64,000 nucleotides of DNA from NCBI GenBank assembly GCA_002310135.1, contig DBYK01000006.1, forward strand, positions 25,195 through 89,194. The letters run 5' to 3'. The notes under the pieces were generated by a model. That model was given only the letters and a program-made list of their open reading frames with translations. It was not told the DNA's origin and made no database searches. The position numbers and the translations under genes are program-made. This document shows, one piece after another, positions 49,135 through 63,215 of the stretch. Position 1 is the stretch's first letter. Every line of letters starts with the position of its first letter. The DNA comes from Bacillales bacterium UBA1188 (lineage in GTDB: Bacteria; Bacillota_I; Bacilli_A; Izemoplasmatales; UBA1188).

Positions 49135-51321
49135 TTAGTTTTCTGGTTTTAATAAAGATAAGGCGAGTCTTTTTCTTTCTATATCTGTGTTTAATACATA
49201 TACAGTTACTATATCACCAACTTTTAGTATTTCGCTTGGATGATTAATTCTTTTTTTACTCATCTTTGATATGTGGACAAGCCCACTTTCTTTAATACCT
49301 ACATCTATGAAGGCTCCAAAATCTGTGATGTTTCTAACTGTGCCTTCTAGTTCCATATCAGGTTTTAAATCTTCTAGGTGAAGAATATCACTTTTTAGTA
49401 ATGGTTGAGGGAGTTCATCACGTGGATCTCTCATAGGGGCTATAAATGATTTTAAGATATCGTCTAGAGTTATTGGGTTGATGTTTAAATCTTTTTCTAT
49501 TAATTCTGGTTTAGTTGAATTAATTTTAGCGATTAATTCTTTTGAACCTAAATCTTCACTTCTAAAACCTAAATATTTTAAAACGCTTTCTGCGATACTA
49601 TATGATTCTGGGTGTATTGAGGTTTTATCTAGAGGATTTATAGATTCTGGGATTCTTAAGAAGCCTATACAAAGCTCAAATGCTTTATCTCCAATTTTTG
49701 GAACTGATCTAATTTCGTTTCTATTTTTGAATTCTCCATGAGCCTCTCTATATGTGACAATAGATTGAGCAGTTGCCTTGTTTAAGCCAGATACATATTG
49801 AAGAAGTGATTTGCTTGCAGTATTAACATTTACACCGATTTGGTTAACCGCTTTTTCAACTACATAATCTAGGGTTTCTTTTAGTTTGTTTTGTGATACG
49901 TCGTGTTGATATTGGCCTACACCTATTGATTGTGGGTCGATTTTAACGAGTTCCGCAAGTGGGTCTTGGATTCTTCTTCCTATTGATACCGCACTTCTTT
50001 CTTCAACGTGATAATCTGGGAATTCTTCTTGAGCTATTTTAGATGCGGAATAGACTGAAGCGCCAGCTTCAGATACTATTATATATTTAGTGTTTAAGTT
50101 ATATTTTTTGATTGTATCTGCGATAAATTTTTCTGTCTCTCTTGATGCAGTACCATTACCGATTGCGATGATATCTATCGCATATTTCTTACACATGATT
50201 AAGACTTTTTGTTCAGCATCTCTAATTCTTGATTCTGGGACTACTTCATCAACGCTTTTTTGGTTTTGATATATTACATCTTTAGCTAATACTTTACCTG
50301 TCTTATCTAATGCTGCAATCTTACAACCGGTTCTAAATGATGGGTCTACACCTAATACATTCTTTCCTTTTAGTGGTGCAGACAAGAGTAAGTGTTCTAA
50401 GTTTGAGCCGAATAATTCTATTGCGTTATCTTCTGCCTCTTCAGTTAGAATGCTTCTTATTTCTCTTTCTATTGATGGGAATATTAATCTATCATAAGAA
50501 TCGATTATAGCTTCTTCAACTAAATATGCAGTAACTGAGTTTTCATTTTTACCTATTACGTGCCTATTTAAATAGATGATATGTTTATCTTTATCTCCAT
50601 TTATAGCTACAGTTACTATCTTTTCATCTTCAGCTCTATTAATCGCAAGTATTCTATATGATTTAGCTCTTGAGATTTGTTCGTTATAGTCGTAATAATC
50701 TCTATATGTTTCTCTTTCATCTACTGCGTTTTTCTTTTTGGTTGATGAAATAAAGCCTTTAGATAAAACATCTTCTCTAATATAGGTTCTATAATCTTTA
50801 TTATCTGAGATTTGTTCTGCGATAATATATTTTGCTCCTTCTAAAGCTTCTTCTTTAGTCTTAACTACTTCAGTAATATATTTTTCTGCTTCTTTAGTAG
50901 GGCCTCCTTCAATAGGGAAAGACATAATATATTTAGATAGTGGTTCAAGACCATTTTTAATGGCTTCAGTTGCCTTAGTCTTTTTCTTTTCTTTAAATGG
51001 TCTATAGATATCTTCTAGAGTAATCAATTTTTCAGCAGCTAAAATTTCTTCTTTTAGTTCATCTGTGAGCATACCTTTTTCATCAATTAATCTGATGATA
51101 TCTTCTTTTCTTTTATCTAATGCTTGACCATATTCATATTCTTTTGATATTTCTCTTATTTGATCTTCATCAAGTGAACCAGTTACTTCTTTTCTATATC
51201 TTGCGATAAAAGGAATAGTTCCTCCTTCACTTAATAAAGTTAAAACTGATTTAACTTGATTTGAAGTTATTTTAAGTTGTTGAGCGATATTATTTATTAA
51301 TTTATCGTTGATATATTCCAC
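49135..51321 (-). CDS. tex: Tex-family RNA-binding transcription accessory protein
   Basis: TIPFIARYRKE, GVDPSFRTGCK, IGNGTASRE, SEAGASVYS, GVGQYQHD, C-terminal S1 domain. Confidence 0.95.
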   Translation of the reverse strand: MEYINDKLINNIAQQLKITSNQVKSVLTLLSEGGTIPFIARYRKEVTGSLDEDQIREISKEYEYGQALDKRKEDIIRLIDEKGMLTDELKEEILAAEKLITLEDIYRPFKEKKKTKATEAIKNGLEPLSKYIMSFPIEGGPTKEAEKYITEVVKTKEEALEGAKYIIAEQISDNKDYRTYIREDVLSKGFISSTKKKNAVDERETYRDYYDYNEQISRAKSYRILAINRAEDEKIVTVAINGDKDKHIIYLNRHVIGKNENSVTAYLVEEAIIDSYDRLIFPSIEREIRSILTEEAEDNAIELFGSNLEHLLLSAPLKGKNVLGVDPSFRTGCKIAALDKTGKVLAKDVIYQNQKSVDEVVPESRIRDAEQKVLIMCKKYAIDIIAIGNGTASRETEKFIADTIKKYNLNTKYIIVSEAGASVYSASKIAQEEFPDYHVEERSAVSIGRRIQDPLAELVKIDPQSIGVGQYQHDVSQNKLKETLDYVVEKAVNQIGVNVNTASKSLLQYVSGLNKATAQSIVTYREAHGEFKNRNEIRSVPKIGDKAFELCIGFLRIPESINPLDKTSIHPESYSIAESVLKYLGFRSEDLGSKELIAKINSTKPELIEKDLNINPITLDDILKSFIAPMRDPRDELPQPLLKSDILHLEDLKPDMELEGTVRNITDFGAFIDVGIKESGLVHISKMSKKRINHPSEILKVGDIVTVYVLNTDIERKRLALSLLKPEN

Positions 51322-51364
51322 TTGAATACCTCCTTAGATATAAAAAAAGCCGTGTGGGCTTTTT

Positions 51365-51940
51365 TTATTCATTATTATATGTTAACCAAGGTTCGTTTTT
51401 TGATAATTTGTTTATGATATCTTTAATTGAAGTTGAAGATGTTGTTGAATCGGTATAAATTTGACTTAACTCAGTTCTGCTATCAGTAACTGCAATTAAG
51501 TATTTTGCACCAATGCTTATATCACTTGTAAGTTCTAAACCTTCTCTAACAGCTGTATCATCACTACTGAAAACTGAATAATCTATTAAATATAGTTTAA
51601 TATTTACTTTGCCTTCTTCATACTTATCGATATAAGTTAATATTGCATTCATGTTTGGATCTACTGCATTTTTATCTGTGTATGTAACAGATTTGTCACA
51701 AACATAAATAACATAATCTCTTTCTTGTTGTTTTAATAATTTATTATAGTTATCACTACCAATAAAATATTGTTGATATTTGGAGTCGCTATAAGTTTTA
51801 ACTGAAAAATCTGTTGTTTTATTGATTATAGCAACAGCTCCTAAAACTAAAGCTACTGCAGCAACAATTATTACCACTAGCAATATTAAATTCTTAGTAT
51901 CTGAGCTTTTTCTTTCAAACCCTTGAGCATATTTGGCCAT
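51365..51940 (-). CDS. Hypothetical membrane-anchored protein
   Basis: Single N-terminal TM; ATG 51940 with RBS GAGGTG. Confidence 0.75.
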   Translation of the reverse strand: MAKYAQGFERKSSDTKNLILLVVIIVAAVALVLGAVAIINKTTDFSVKTYSDSKYQQYFIGSDNYNKLLKQQERDYVIYVCDKSVTYTDKNAVDPNMNAILTYIDKYEEGKVNIKLYLIDYSVFSSDDTAVREGLELTSDISIGAKYLIAVTDSRTELSQIYTDSTTSSTSIKDIINKLSKNEPWLTYNNE

Positions 51941-52058
51941 ATATTTCACCTCGCCTTATCTATTGTAAAAGAAATCGTTTTATTTTTCAAGTCCTAATTT
52001 ATGATATGTATTTATTTTATAAGAAAATAAATGTTGTTATGTAAATAGTCATAAATTA

Positions 52059-53003
52059 TTAATTTTTGGTAGTAATTTCTAGGTATAATTCATGAATTTC
52101 TCTAAATCTATGATTTAGGGCAGATCTTGAAATGAATTTACCTACATCATTAATAGACTGATTAGATAGCTCATTTAAATTATCTTCTTTATGTTTTTCT
52201 CTAAGTATAGATGCTTCTAAAAGAGATTTTTTTAATCTTTCACCATAATATTTCTTCACTACTTCTATTTCATCTAGTTGTCTTTTTGCGGCATTTATTG
52301 TTTTCTTTTCGTTTGCGATTTCACAGTTCATAACTCTATTTATTGAGTTAGATAAATCTTTTTCAATTCTGTGATCTTCGAATTGAAATAATCCTTCTTG
52401 AGAACCTAGTATTCTAATAAAGTCACCTATCTTATCTGCGCTTTTTAAATAGACGATATAGCCTCTTCTATTTTTAGATATCTTAGAATTTAAATTAAAT
52501 GTATTCATCAAATCTCTAAGGTTGTAGGCAACATTTGGAGAGAATGTTTGAATTTCTAAGTGGTAGGTGTTGGATGTTGGATCATTTAGAGAACCAGATG
52601 CAAGAAAAGCACCTCTAATATAGGCTATTCTATCTTCTGTTCTATCTAATTCTTTTTTGAGGTTGTATTGACTATCTTCTTTAGCTTGAAGAACTTTTAA
52701 ATCTTCTAAAACAACAAGAGCGTTTCTTTCAAGTCTAGTGAAGAAGATGTCTTCTTTTTTGAGTCTTACTTCTTTGCTTTTCAAAAGAGATGGTTCTAAA
52801 TTATAGAATTTTAAAATGAGATCATAAACTTTTGATGCGACAGATTCATTTTTAGTTTTAAATTCTAAATATAATCCATTTGATGAAAAACCGATAGAAG
52901 CATTCACTTGAAGCATGCCCATAAGCAGAATCTTCTCTTCGTTCTTTTCAAGTGTTAAAGATGTCAGTTCATCTTTTAGTTTCATCGCAAAAGATAAAGG
53001 CAT
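52059..53003 (-). CDS. whiA: DNA-binding protein WhiA
   Basis: SFAMKLKDEL, YIRGAFLASGS..YHLEI, NRVMNCEIANEKKT, SRSALNHR. Confidence 0.93.
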   Translation of the reverse strand: MPLSFAMKLKDELTSLTLEKNEEKILLMGMLQVNASIGFSSNGLYLEFKTKNESVASKVYDLILKFYNLEPSLLKSKEVRLKKEDIFFTRLERNALVVLEDLKVLQAKEDSQYNLKKELDRTEDRIAYIRGAFLASGSLNDPTSNTYHLEIQTFSPNVAYNLRDLMNTFNLNSKISKNRRGYIVYLKSADKIGDFIRILGSQEGLFQFEDHRIEKDLSNSINRVMNCEIANEKKTINAAKRQLDEIEVVKKYYGERLKKSLLEASILREKHKEDNLNELSNQSINDVGKFISRSALNHRFREIHELYLEITTKN

Positions 53004-53014
53004 ATTGTCTCCTC

Positions 53015-54106
53015 CTAATTACTAGTTCCTTCTTCTTTTAATTCTTTTTGAGCTGATTCTTTCGCTCTTTTGATTTTCTCTAATATATCTACATATCTTT
53101 CACTCTTGTAGATAAATCTCAAGTAAAGGATTAGAAGAATTCCAATAACAACCATAACAATGGATGTTAATTGAGCTGATTTAATTCCAGTATTTCCAAC
53201 ATACAATGAATCAGTTCTGATGAATTCGATGAAAAATCTAACTATTCCATACCATATTAAATATAGTCCTGCAAAATAACCACTTCTAATAATTTTAGTT
53301 CTTCTTAAGACGAAATAAAGAATTAAACCAATGAAGTTGAGTAATGATTCATATAAGAATGTTGGGTGGAAGAAATTTTCTCCTGCATAAGTCGACCATT
53401 TTTGTACGCCATCAACTACTCCATAATAGTAACTTTGGTTATACATTCTCATGTTTTTAGCGATGAATGGTGGAACTAGATATGTTTTAGTTAGGGTTTC
53501 ATATTGTTCTGCAAGAGTTAAATTAGCACAGTTATTAACTGTATCCCATCCACCAACTACAGTACCATGGGCTTCTTGGTTGAAGAAATTTCCCCATCTT
53601 CCAAACATCTGTCCAAAAAGAAATCCTGGAGCGACCATATCTAAAATACATGTGAGCTGGAATTTCTTCCATTTGCAACACACAAATATCATTATAGCCG
53701 CAACCACAATTCCACCATGTATCGCAAGACCCGATAAGCCCATATAAACCATAGATACTGGTTCAAAACCTATAGTGTATAAAACGATATATAAAACGGC
53801 TTTAAAGAATCCATAATCATCCATATAGTTTTTAAAACTTGGAACGCCGTCTCCGCACATATACCAAATTCTAGCTCCTAAAATCGCAAGTGGTAATACT
53901 ATTGTTAGGCAGACTAATACATCATCTTTATTAACGCCTAGTCTTTCGCCTTCTTTTGTGCATACAAAATATGCGACTATAACACCAGTCATAATACATA
54001 TTGCGTATTTTGCGATACCAAAGAAAAATTCTGGGCTATAGAACCAATTAATGAAGACATTAGTTCTATCTATATCCCATACTTCCGCAAACAAATAATT
54101 AAGCAT
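53015..54106 (-). CDS. lgt: Prolipoprotein diacylglyceryl transferase
   Basis: GARIWY, GLAIHGG, GRWGNFFNQEAHG, HPTFLYES, RFFIEFIR. Confidence 0.94.
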   Translation of the reverse strand: MLNYLFAEVWDIDRTNVFINWFYSPEFFFGIAKYAICIMTGVIVAYFVCTKEGERLGVNKDDVLVCLTIVLPLAILGARIWYMCGDGVPSFKNYMDDYGFFKAVLYIVLYTIGFEPVSMVYMGLSGLAIHGGIVVAAIMIFVCCKWKKFQLTCILDMVAPGFLFGQMFGRWGNFFNQEAHGTVVGGWDTVNNCANLTLAEQYETLTKTYLVPPFIAKNMRMYNQSYYYGVVDGVQKWSTYAGENFFHPTFLYESLLNFIGLILYFVLRRTKIIRSGYFAGLYLIWYGIVRFFIEFIRTDSLYVGNTGIKSAQLTSIVMVVIGILLILYLRFIYKSERYVDILEKIKRAKESAQKELKEEGTSN

Positions 54107-54120
54107 TAGTATTTCCTCCT

Positions 54121-56925
54121 TTATTTATAAAATTCTTTTAAGAACTTACCTGTATCAGATTTTTTGTTTCTAGATACTTCAAGAGGACTACCTTCACAGA
54201 GAATATATCCTCCTTTATCTCCTCCTTGAGGACCTAAATCTATTATATGGTCCGCAGTTTTAATCATATCTAGGTTGTGTTCTATGATTACTAAAGTAGC
54301 TCCTTTTTCCGCTATCCTTTCAAAACAATTTAGTAATTTCTTCACATCATCTTGATGAAGGCCAGTAGAAGGTTCATCAAGAATATATAATGCATTACTT
54401 GAAATTTGTCTATTGAGTTCATAGGCAAGTTTAATACGTTGTGCTTCACCACCTGATAAAGTAGTTGAATTTTGACCTAATTTAATATAACCTAGACCAA
54501 CCTCACTCATAGTGTTTAGTTGTTTTAATATTTTAGGTTGATTTTTAAAGAAATCTCTAGCTTCATCTACAGTCAAATCAAGCACATCAGAAATAGATTT
54601 ACCTTTAAATTTAATTTCAAGTGTATCTTGGTTATATTTTTTGCCTCTGCATATAGGACATTCAACATATACATCAGGCAAGAAATGCATTTCAATCTTA
54701 GTTACGCCATCACCCTGGCAAGCTTCACATCTTCCACCAGGCACATTGAAACTAAATCTAGATTTAGAATATCCACGTGCTTTAGCTTCCACTGTTTCAC
54801 TGAATAAATCTCTTATATCATCAAATACACCTATATAAGTAGATGGATTTGACCTTGGAGTTCTTCCAATAGGTGATTGATCTACTACTATAACTTTTTC
54901 TATTATACTAGGATCAATAGAATCAAATTCTCCAGGTACTACCTTTTTCTTTGTGACTAATGCTTGCATCCCTTTTGCGAGACAGTCGTTTACGAGACTA
55001 CTCTTTCCAGAACCTGATACACCAGTCACATAAGTGATTAGGCCTATTTGGAATTTAGCGTCTATATTTTTAAGATTATGACATCTTGCGCCTTTAATCT
55101 CAATATAACCTCTATTTGCGTTTCTTGGAGTTGTTTTTTCTTTGATGAATAAATCTCCTCTTAAATATTTAGCGGTGAGACTGTTAGATGATTTAATCAT
55201 CTCATCATAAGTACCACTAAATATAAGCTCTCCACCATTAACTCCTGCATAAGGACCAAAATCTAGAATATAGTCTGCGCTTTTTATGGTGTCTATATCG
55301 TGTTCAACCACTAAAAGAGTGTTACCTAGATCTCTCATCTTTTTAAGAGTTGAAATTAATTTTTGATTATCTTTTTGATGTAGACCAATAGATGGTTCAT
55401 CTAAAACATAGATAATCCCAGTTAATTTAGAACCTATTTGAGTTGCGAGTCTAATACGTTGAGATTCTCCTCCAGACAAAGTTTGACTAGGTCTATCTAA
55501 AGTTAAATACCCAAGTCCAACATTCACAAGGAAATCAAGCCTTGTGAGTATTTCTTTTATTATCATATTAGAGATCTTTTTATCTCTTTCATTCAATTTG
55601 ATATTGCTTATTAATTCTTTTAAATCTTCTACTGATGATTTTTGGAAATCATCTATATTATATCCATCTATTAATACTGATAAAGCGGCTTCATTTAGCC
55701 TTTTTCCGTGACATTTAGGACAAATATCATCAACCATATACTGTTCTAGCCATTCACGAATAAATCTGGATTCAGTTTCTATATATCTTCTTTCAAGGTT
55801 TCCAACTACACCTTCAAAAGTTGAAGATGCAATTTTAAATACTGAAGCTGTAGATTTTGATTTATAAGTGTATGAAAAAGTCTTGTCAGAACCATAATAA
55901 ATCATATTCTTTTCTTCATCAGTATAATCTTTGAAAGGAATGTTTGTTTTAATATTATTGGATTCTAAGAAAGAAAGAAGTGTAATCATGGACATAGTGT
56001 CTTCCTTAGCCCATTTTCTAAGCGCACCTTCTTCTATTGAGATATCTTGGTCTGGGATTAATAAATCTGGATTTATGTGTCTTTTAAAGCCTAATCCACC
56101 ACAAGCATCACAAGCTCCAGCTGGAGAATTGAATGAGAATAGTTTAGGATCTAAATCTGGAATAGTGAAACCACAAATAGGACATGAATGTTTAGATGAA
56201 AATAATAATTCTTCATCATCTAATTTTAATACCGCAAGACCATCAGATAATTTGATTGAAAGTTCTAGGGCATCTACTATCCTATTTCTGTCTTCCTTAT
56301 TTACGACAAGTCTATCCACTACTACGGATATATTGTGTTTAACTGTTTTTTTGAGTTTAATATCATCATCTAATGATAGGAGAATAGAATCCACAAATAC
56401 TCTTTGAAAACCTTCATGTCTTAAATGTTCAAAAGTGTTCTCGAATGTTCCTTTATCACCTCTAACTATTGGTGATAATATCATTGCTTTCTTATTTTCA
56501 TGAGATAAAACTCTATCAACCATCTCATCGATAGAAAGTGGAGATATAGGTATGTGGTGATGAGGACAGTGTGGCACACCTATTCTTGCGAATAAAAGTC
56601 TCATATAATCTGCGATTTCTGTGACTGTACCTACAGTAGATCTTGGATTTTTAGAACCACTTTTTTGATCAATCGATATCGCAGGGCTTAATCCTTCAAC
56701 TTGTTCGACATCTGGTTTACCCATATCACCTATAAATTGTCTCGCATATGATGATAAAGATTCTAGATACCTTCTTTGACCCTCTTTATAGATTGTATCG
56801 AACGCAAAAGATGTTTTCCCACTTCCTGATACTCCTGTTAGGAGAACGAGTTTATTTTTAGGAAAAACACAATCTATATTCTTTAAGTTGTTTTCTTTTG
56901 CGCCTTTAACTTTTATGTAATCCAT
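54121..56925 (-). CDS. uvrA: Excinuclease ABC subunit A
   Basis: Two GVSGSGK Walker A motifs, zinc fingers, LSGGE signatures, LDEPS. Confidence 0.97.
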   Translation of the reverse strand: MDYIKVKGAKENNLKNIDCVFPKNKLVLLTGVSGSGKTSFAFDTIYKEGQRRYLESLSSYARQFIGDMGKPDVEQVEGLSPAISIDQKSGSKNPRSTVGTVTEIADYMRLLFARIGVPHCPHHHIPISPLSIDEMVDRVLSHENKKAMILSPIVRGDKGTFENTFEHLRHEGFQRVFVDSILLSLDDDIKLKKTVKHNISVVVDRLVVNKEDRNRIVDALELSIKLSDGLAVLKLDDEELLFSSKHSCPICGFTIPDLDPKLFSFNSPAGACDACGGLGFKRHINPDLLIPDQDISIEEGALRKWAKEDTMSMITLLSFLESNNIKTNIPFKDYTDEEKNMIYYGSDKTFSYTYKSKSTASVFKIASSTFEGVVGNLERRYIETESRFIREWLEQYMVDDICPKCHGKRLNEAALSVLIDGYNIDDFQKSSVEDLKELISNIKLNERDKKISNMIIKEILTRLDFLVNVGLGYLTLDRPSQTLSGGESQRIRLATQIGSKLTGIIYVLDEPSIGLHQKDNQKLISTLKKMRDLGNTLLVVEHDIDTIKSADYILDFGPYAGVNGGELIFSGTYDEMIKSSNSLTAKYLRGDLFIKEKTTPRNANRGYIEIKGARCHNLKNIDAKFQIGLITYVTGVSGSGKSSLVNDCLAKGMQALVTKKKVVPGEFDSIDPSIIEKVIVVDQSPIGRTPRSNPSTYIGVFDDIRDLFSETVEAKARGYSKSRFSFNVPGGRCEACQGDGVTKIEMHFLPDVYVECPICRGKKYNQDTLEIKFKGKSISDVLDLTVDEARDFFKNQPKILKQLNTMSEVGLGYIKLGQNSTTLSGGEAQRIKLAYELNRQISSNALYILDEPSTGLHQDDVKKLLNCFERIAEKGATLVIIEHNLDMIKTADHIIDLGPQGGDKGGYILCEGSPLEVSRNKKSDTGKFLKEFYK

Positions 56926-56926
56926 T

Positions 56927-59413
<2,487 letters not shown>

Positions 59414-59417
<4 letters not shown>

Positions 59418-61504
59418 AATTTCTTCAAAAATGGGTGATTGACTATCACTTTTTTAGGAGTTTGGAAATTATCAAATTTGATGATATAGAAGCCTTCAAT
59501 TTGTCCTAACACTACTCCTTCTTTATACATTTCGTGATATACTTTTTCCCCAGTCTTAATATCTCCTATAATTTCTTTTTTTGGTCTATTATCGCTTAAG
59601 ACATCAATAGACTTATTGTTATCTTTCACAATTATCTCTTTTAGAAAGATAGAAGGATAAGCACTACTTACTAAACCATATCTAAATCTTGAGTCTGCGT
59701 GGGATAAGGTAAGATTATCCATGGCTCTTGTGATAGATACATAAAGTAGTCTTCTTTCTTCTTCTACGTTTGAAGCAATATTCTTAGAACCAGGGATGAT
59801 GTCGTTTTCTAAAGATACGACGTAAACATTCTTAAATTCTAATCCTTTAGCGCTATGCATAGTAATAAGTGAAACATGATTTAAATCTTTGGATTCTAAA
59901 TCCATATCGGTAAATAGAGTAATGTTGTCAAGGAAATCAGTTAGTGTTTCGGTGTTAGTTCCTTCACTTTCAACCTCTATTATCGAATTTAATAATTCAT
60001 TGATGTTTTCACTTCTTGAAAACTTCTCTTCTTCATCTACTATAGATTCGATGAAGGCTTTATAAGATGTTTTCTCATAGACACTATAGAAGAATTCTCT
60101 CAAATCTAATTTATCCAAACTAGCTCTAAGTTGAGATAAAACATCAAAATATTCAAGAATGGTACTTTTTGCGAGTTTTGAAATACTAGCGTTTAATACT
60201 GCATCTTGAAGATTTGAATCATTAGATATGAATTCTTCTTTAATCTTCTCAATAGTCTTTTCACCTATTCCTCTTTTTGGTGAATTGATTGCTCTTTTAA
60301 AAGAATGGAAGTCATCAGGATTAACTATCATTCTTAAATGAGCTATCATATCTTTCACTTCCATTCTTTTGTAGAATGAAAGGCCACTATATACAACATA
60401 TGGTATGTTGTAAGAGAGAAAGGCGTTTTCGAAGTTTCGTGAAATACTATTGTTTCTATAGAGAACTGCGAAATCTTTGTAACTATATCCATTTTCAACC
60501 TGTTTTTTTATGCTTTCTGCCACGAACCTTGCCTCAGACCTATCTGAGTCAAATCTTCTATATGTGATAGTGCTTCCTTCAGGTTTTTTAGTCCATAAAT
60601 CTTTTTTAATTCTGTTTTTGTTGTTTGATATTAATTTGTTGGCGCATTCTAAAATGTTGGATGATGACCTATAATTTTCATCTAAAATATGCTCATTATA
60701 GCCATCAAAATCTTTCATGAATTTTCTTATGTTAGTTATATTTGCGCCTCTAAATGAATAAATAGATTGGTCTTCGTCACCTACTATAAACACATTTAGA
60801 TATTTTTTACCTAATAGTCTTATGAAATCATACTGAATATTTGATGTATCTTGGAATTCATCTACAAGGATATATCTATATCTATCTTGATATTTTTCTA
60901 AGATAGATGGATTATTTTCAAATATTTCCATAGAAAGAAGCATAAGGTCATCAAAATCAACTAGGTTGTCTTGAAGAAGGAGGCTATTGTATTTTTTATA
61001 GACATTTTCAACTGTTTCTTTTAGTGGATCTTTAAAATTATCTATAGTATAAATTCTAGCTTTTAAAGCTGAGATATAATCATAAAAAGATTTTGGATTT
61101 AATAATTTTGTATCCAAATTAAGTTCAGTCATTGCTTCTTTTATAAGCTTTAAGGAATCATCGTCATCTATTATTTGGAAATTTGATTTTCTATTTAATG
61201 CCCCTATGTCAAATCTTAATATCTGTGCACAAAAGGAATGAAATGTTTTACATGTTACTTGATTGGATTCAAAACCAATCAATTGATTTAATCTTTCTTT
61301 CATCTCTTTTGCGGCTTTGTTCGTGAAAGTAATAGCTAAGATATTTGTTGGACTAATTCCGTTTTCAAGTATCATATAAGCTATTCTTGAAGTTAAAACT
61401 CTAGTCTTTCCACTTCCAGCTCCCGCAACTATTAAAGAAGGACCAATTATGTCCTTACATGCCTCAAGTTGTTTAGGGTTAAGTTTTGCTAGATAATCAT
61501 TCAT
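59414..61504 (-). CDS. pcrA: ATP-dependent DNA helicase PcrA/UvrD
   Basis: AGAGSGKT, VDEFQD, VGDEDQSIY, NYRS, HSAKGLEF, EERRLLYV. Confidence 0.93.
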
Positions 61505-61570
61505 ATTTAAATTATATCATAATAATAAACAAAAGAGGCTTTAACCTCTTTAGTTTATTAAAAATATTAT

Positions 61571-63202
61571 TTATTTATTAAAAGATTGTTTTAAAGAAAC
61601 TGTTCTATTGATTATGATGTTATCTTCTTTTGAATCATAATCATTTGAATAATAACCATTTCTCATAAGTTGAGTCTTAGATTCACTAGTTGGATCATAT
61701 GCTTCCTCAACAAAACCTTCTAAAGATACTTTTGAATTCTTGTTGAATCTATCTTTAAGAGGCAGATCTTCATCAACATTGCTATCAATTAATGAATCGA
61801 ATAGATTAAATGTTGCTTTTTTGCAGGTCTTCGCATCAACGTATTGGATAGTTCCTTGTGGTTTTCTTTCATTAAAACCCGAACCAGATAAAGTATTAGG
61901 GTCATATGTGCATAAAACTTCAATTACTTCTCCGTTTTCATCATATTTACAATCGTTTGCTTTTATAAAGTATGCGCCCATTAATCTTACTTCTGCACCT
62001 AAAGATAATCTCTTATATTTGTTGTTTGGTTTAACTGGAGTGAAGTCTTCTTTTTCTATATAGAGGGTATTTGAAAATGATATCTTTCTATAACCTAATT
62101 CTTCATTTTCTAAATTATTTAGGAAATCAAAATGTTCAATTTTGTTTTCATCATAATTTGTTATTATAACTTTAAGTGGGTTTAAAACAGCCATTCTTCT
62201 TGGAACTTTTAATTTTAAATCTTCCATTAAAAAATGATCTAATACATTAAATGGTATTTCTGAATTGATTCTTGAAAGACCAGTTGATAAAACGAATTCT
62301 CTTATAGATTCTTTAGTGAAGCCTCTTCTTTTAAGTCCAACAAGTGTTGGCATTCTAGGGTCGTCATAATCATCTACTAATTTACTATCAACTAATTCTT
62401 TTAAGAATCTTTTAGATAGAATGGTTCCTTCTATATTTAATCTTCCAAATTCAATCTGTCTTGGAGTAGAAATTGGATGTGTGTTTTCTATCACCCAATC
62501 GTAGAGTGGTCTGTGTTCAACGTATTCAAGAGAACATAGAGAATGTGTGATATATTCCATAGCATCTTGAAGTGGATGAGCATAGTCATATAGTGGATAG
62601 ATGTTCCATTTATCACCAGTATGTGGATGTGGTTTTTTAATTATTCTATAGATTGCAGGATCTCTCATGTTTAAATTTGAGGATGCCATATCAATCTTTA
62701 CTCTTAAAGTTTTTTCACCTTCTTCATATTTTCCTTCTTTCATCTCTTCAAACAGTTTTAAGTTTTCTTCAATGCTTCTATTTCTATATGGAGATTCTTT
62801 TCCTTTTTCTTCAAGAGTGCCTCTGTATTCTTTCATCTCTTCTTTTGTAAGATCGTCTACATAAGCAAGACCGCTTTTTATTAATCCTACCGCAAGCTCA
62901 TAATCTGTATCAAAATAATCACTTCCAAAAGTGATTTTATAAGGTTCATATCCAAGCCATTTAATGTCATTAATAATGGCGTCCATAAATCTTTTTTCTT
63001 CTTTAGCTGGGTTTGTGTCATCAAATCTTAAGATTGTTTTTCCACCGAAACATTTCGCGAGTTCAAAATTAGTAACTATCGCTCTAGCGTGACCTATATG
63101 TAAGAAAGCGTTTGGTTCTGGAGGAAAACGAGTGATAATCTCTTTGTGTTTACCGCTTGCTAAATCTTCTTCCATTATGGTTTTTATAAAATTAGAAATC
63201 AT
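61571..63202 (-). CDS. glnS: Glutamine--tRNA ligase
   Basis: TRFPPEPN..LHIGH, RFDDTNP, THSLCSLE, PRQIEFGRLN, LSKR, DDPRMPT, EVRL anticodon domain. Confidence 0.93.
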   Translation of the reverse strand: MISNFIKTIMEEDLASGKHKEIITRFPPEPNAFLHIGHARAIVTNFELAKCFGGKTILRFDDTNPAKEEKRFMDAIINDIKWLGYEPYKITFGSDYFDTDYELAVGLIKSGLAYVDDLTKEEMKEYRGTLEEKGKESPYRNRSIEENLKLFEEMKEGKYEEGEKTLRVKIDMASSNLNMRDPAIYRIIKKPHPHTGDKWNIYPLYDYAHPLQDAMEYITHSLCSLEYVEHRPLYDWVIENTHPISTPRQIEFGRLNIEGTILSKRFLKELVDSKLVDDYDDPRMPTLVGLKRRGFTKESIREFVLSTGLSRINSEIPFNVLDHFLMEDLKLKVPRRMAVLNPLKVIITNYDENKIEHFDFLNNLENEELGYRKISFSNTLYIEKEDFTPVKPNNKYKRLSLGAEVRLMGAYFIKANDCKYDENGEVIEVLCTYDPNTLSGSGFNERKPQGTIQYVDAKTCKKATFNLFDSLIDSNVDEDLPLKDRFNKNSKVSLEGFVEEAYDPTSESKTQLMRNGYYSNDYDSKEDNIIINRTVSLKQSFNK

Positions 63203-63215
63203 AATATTCCCATCC

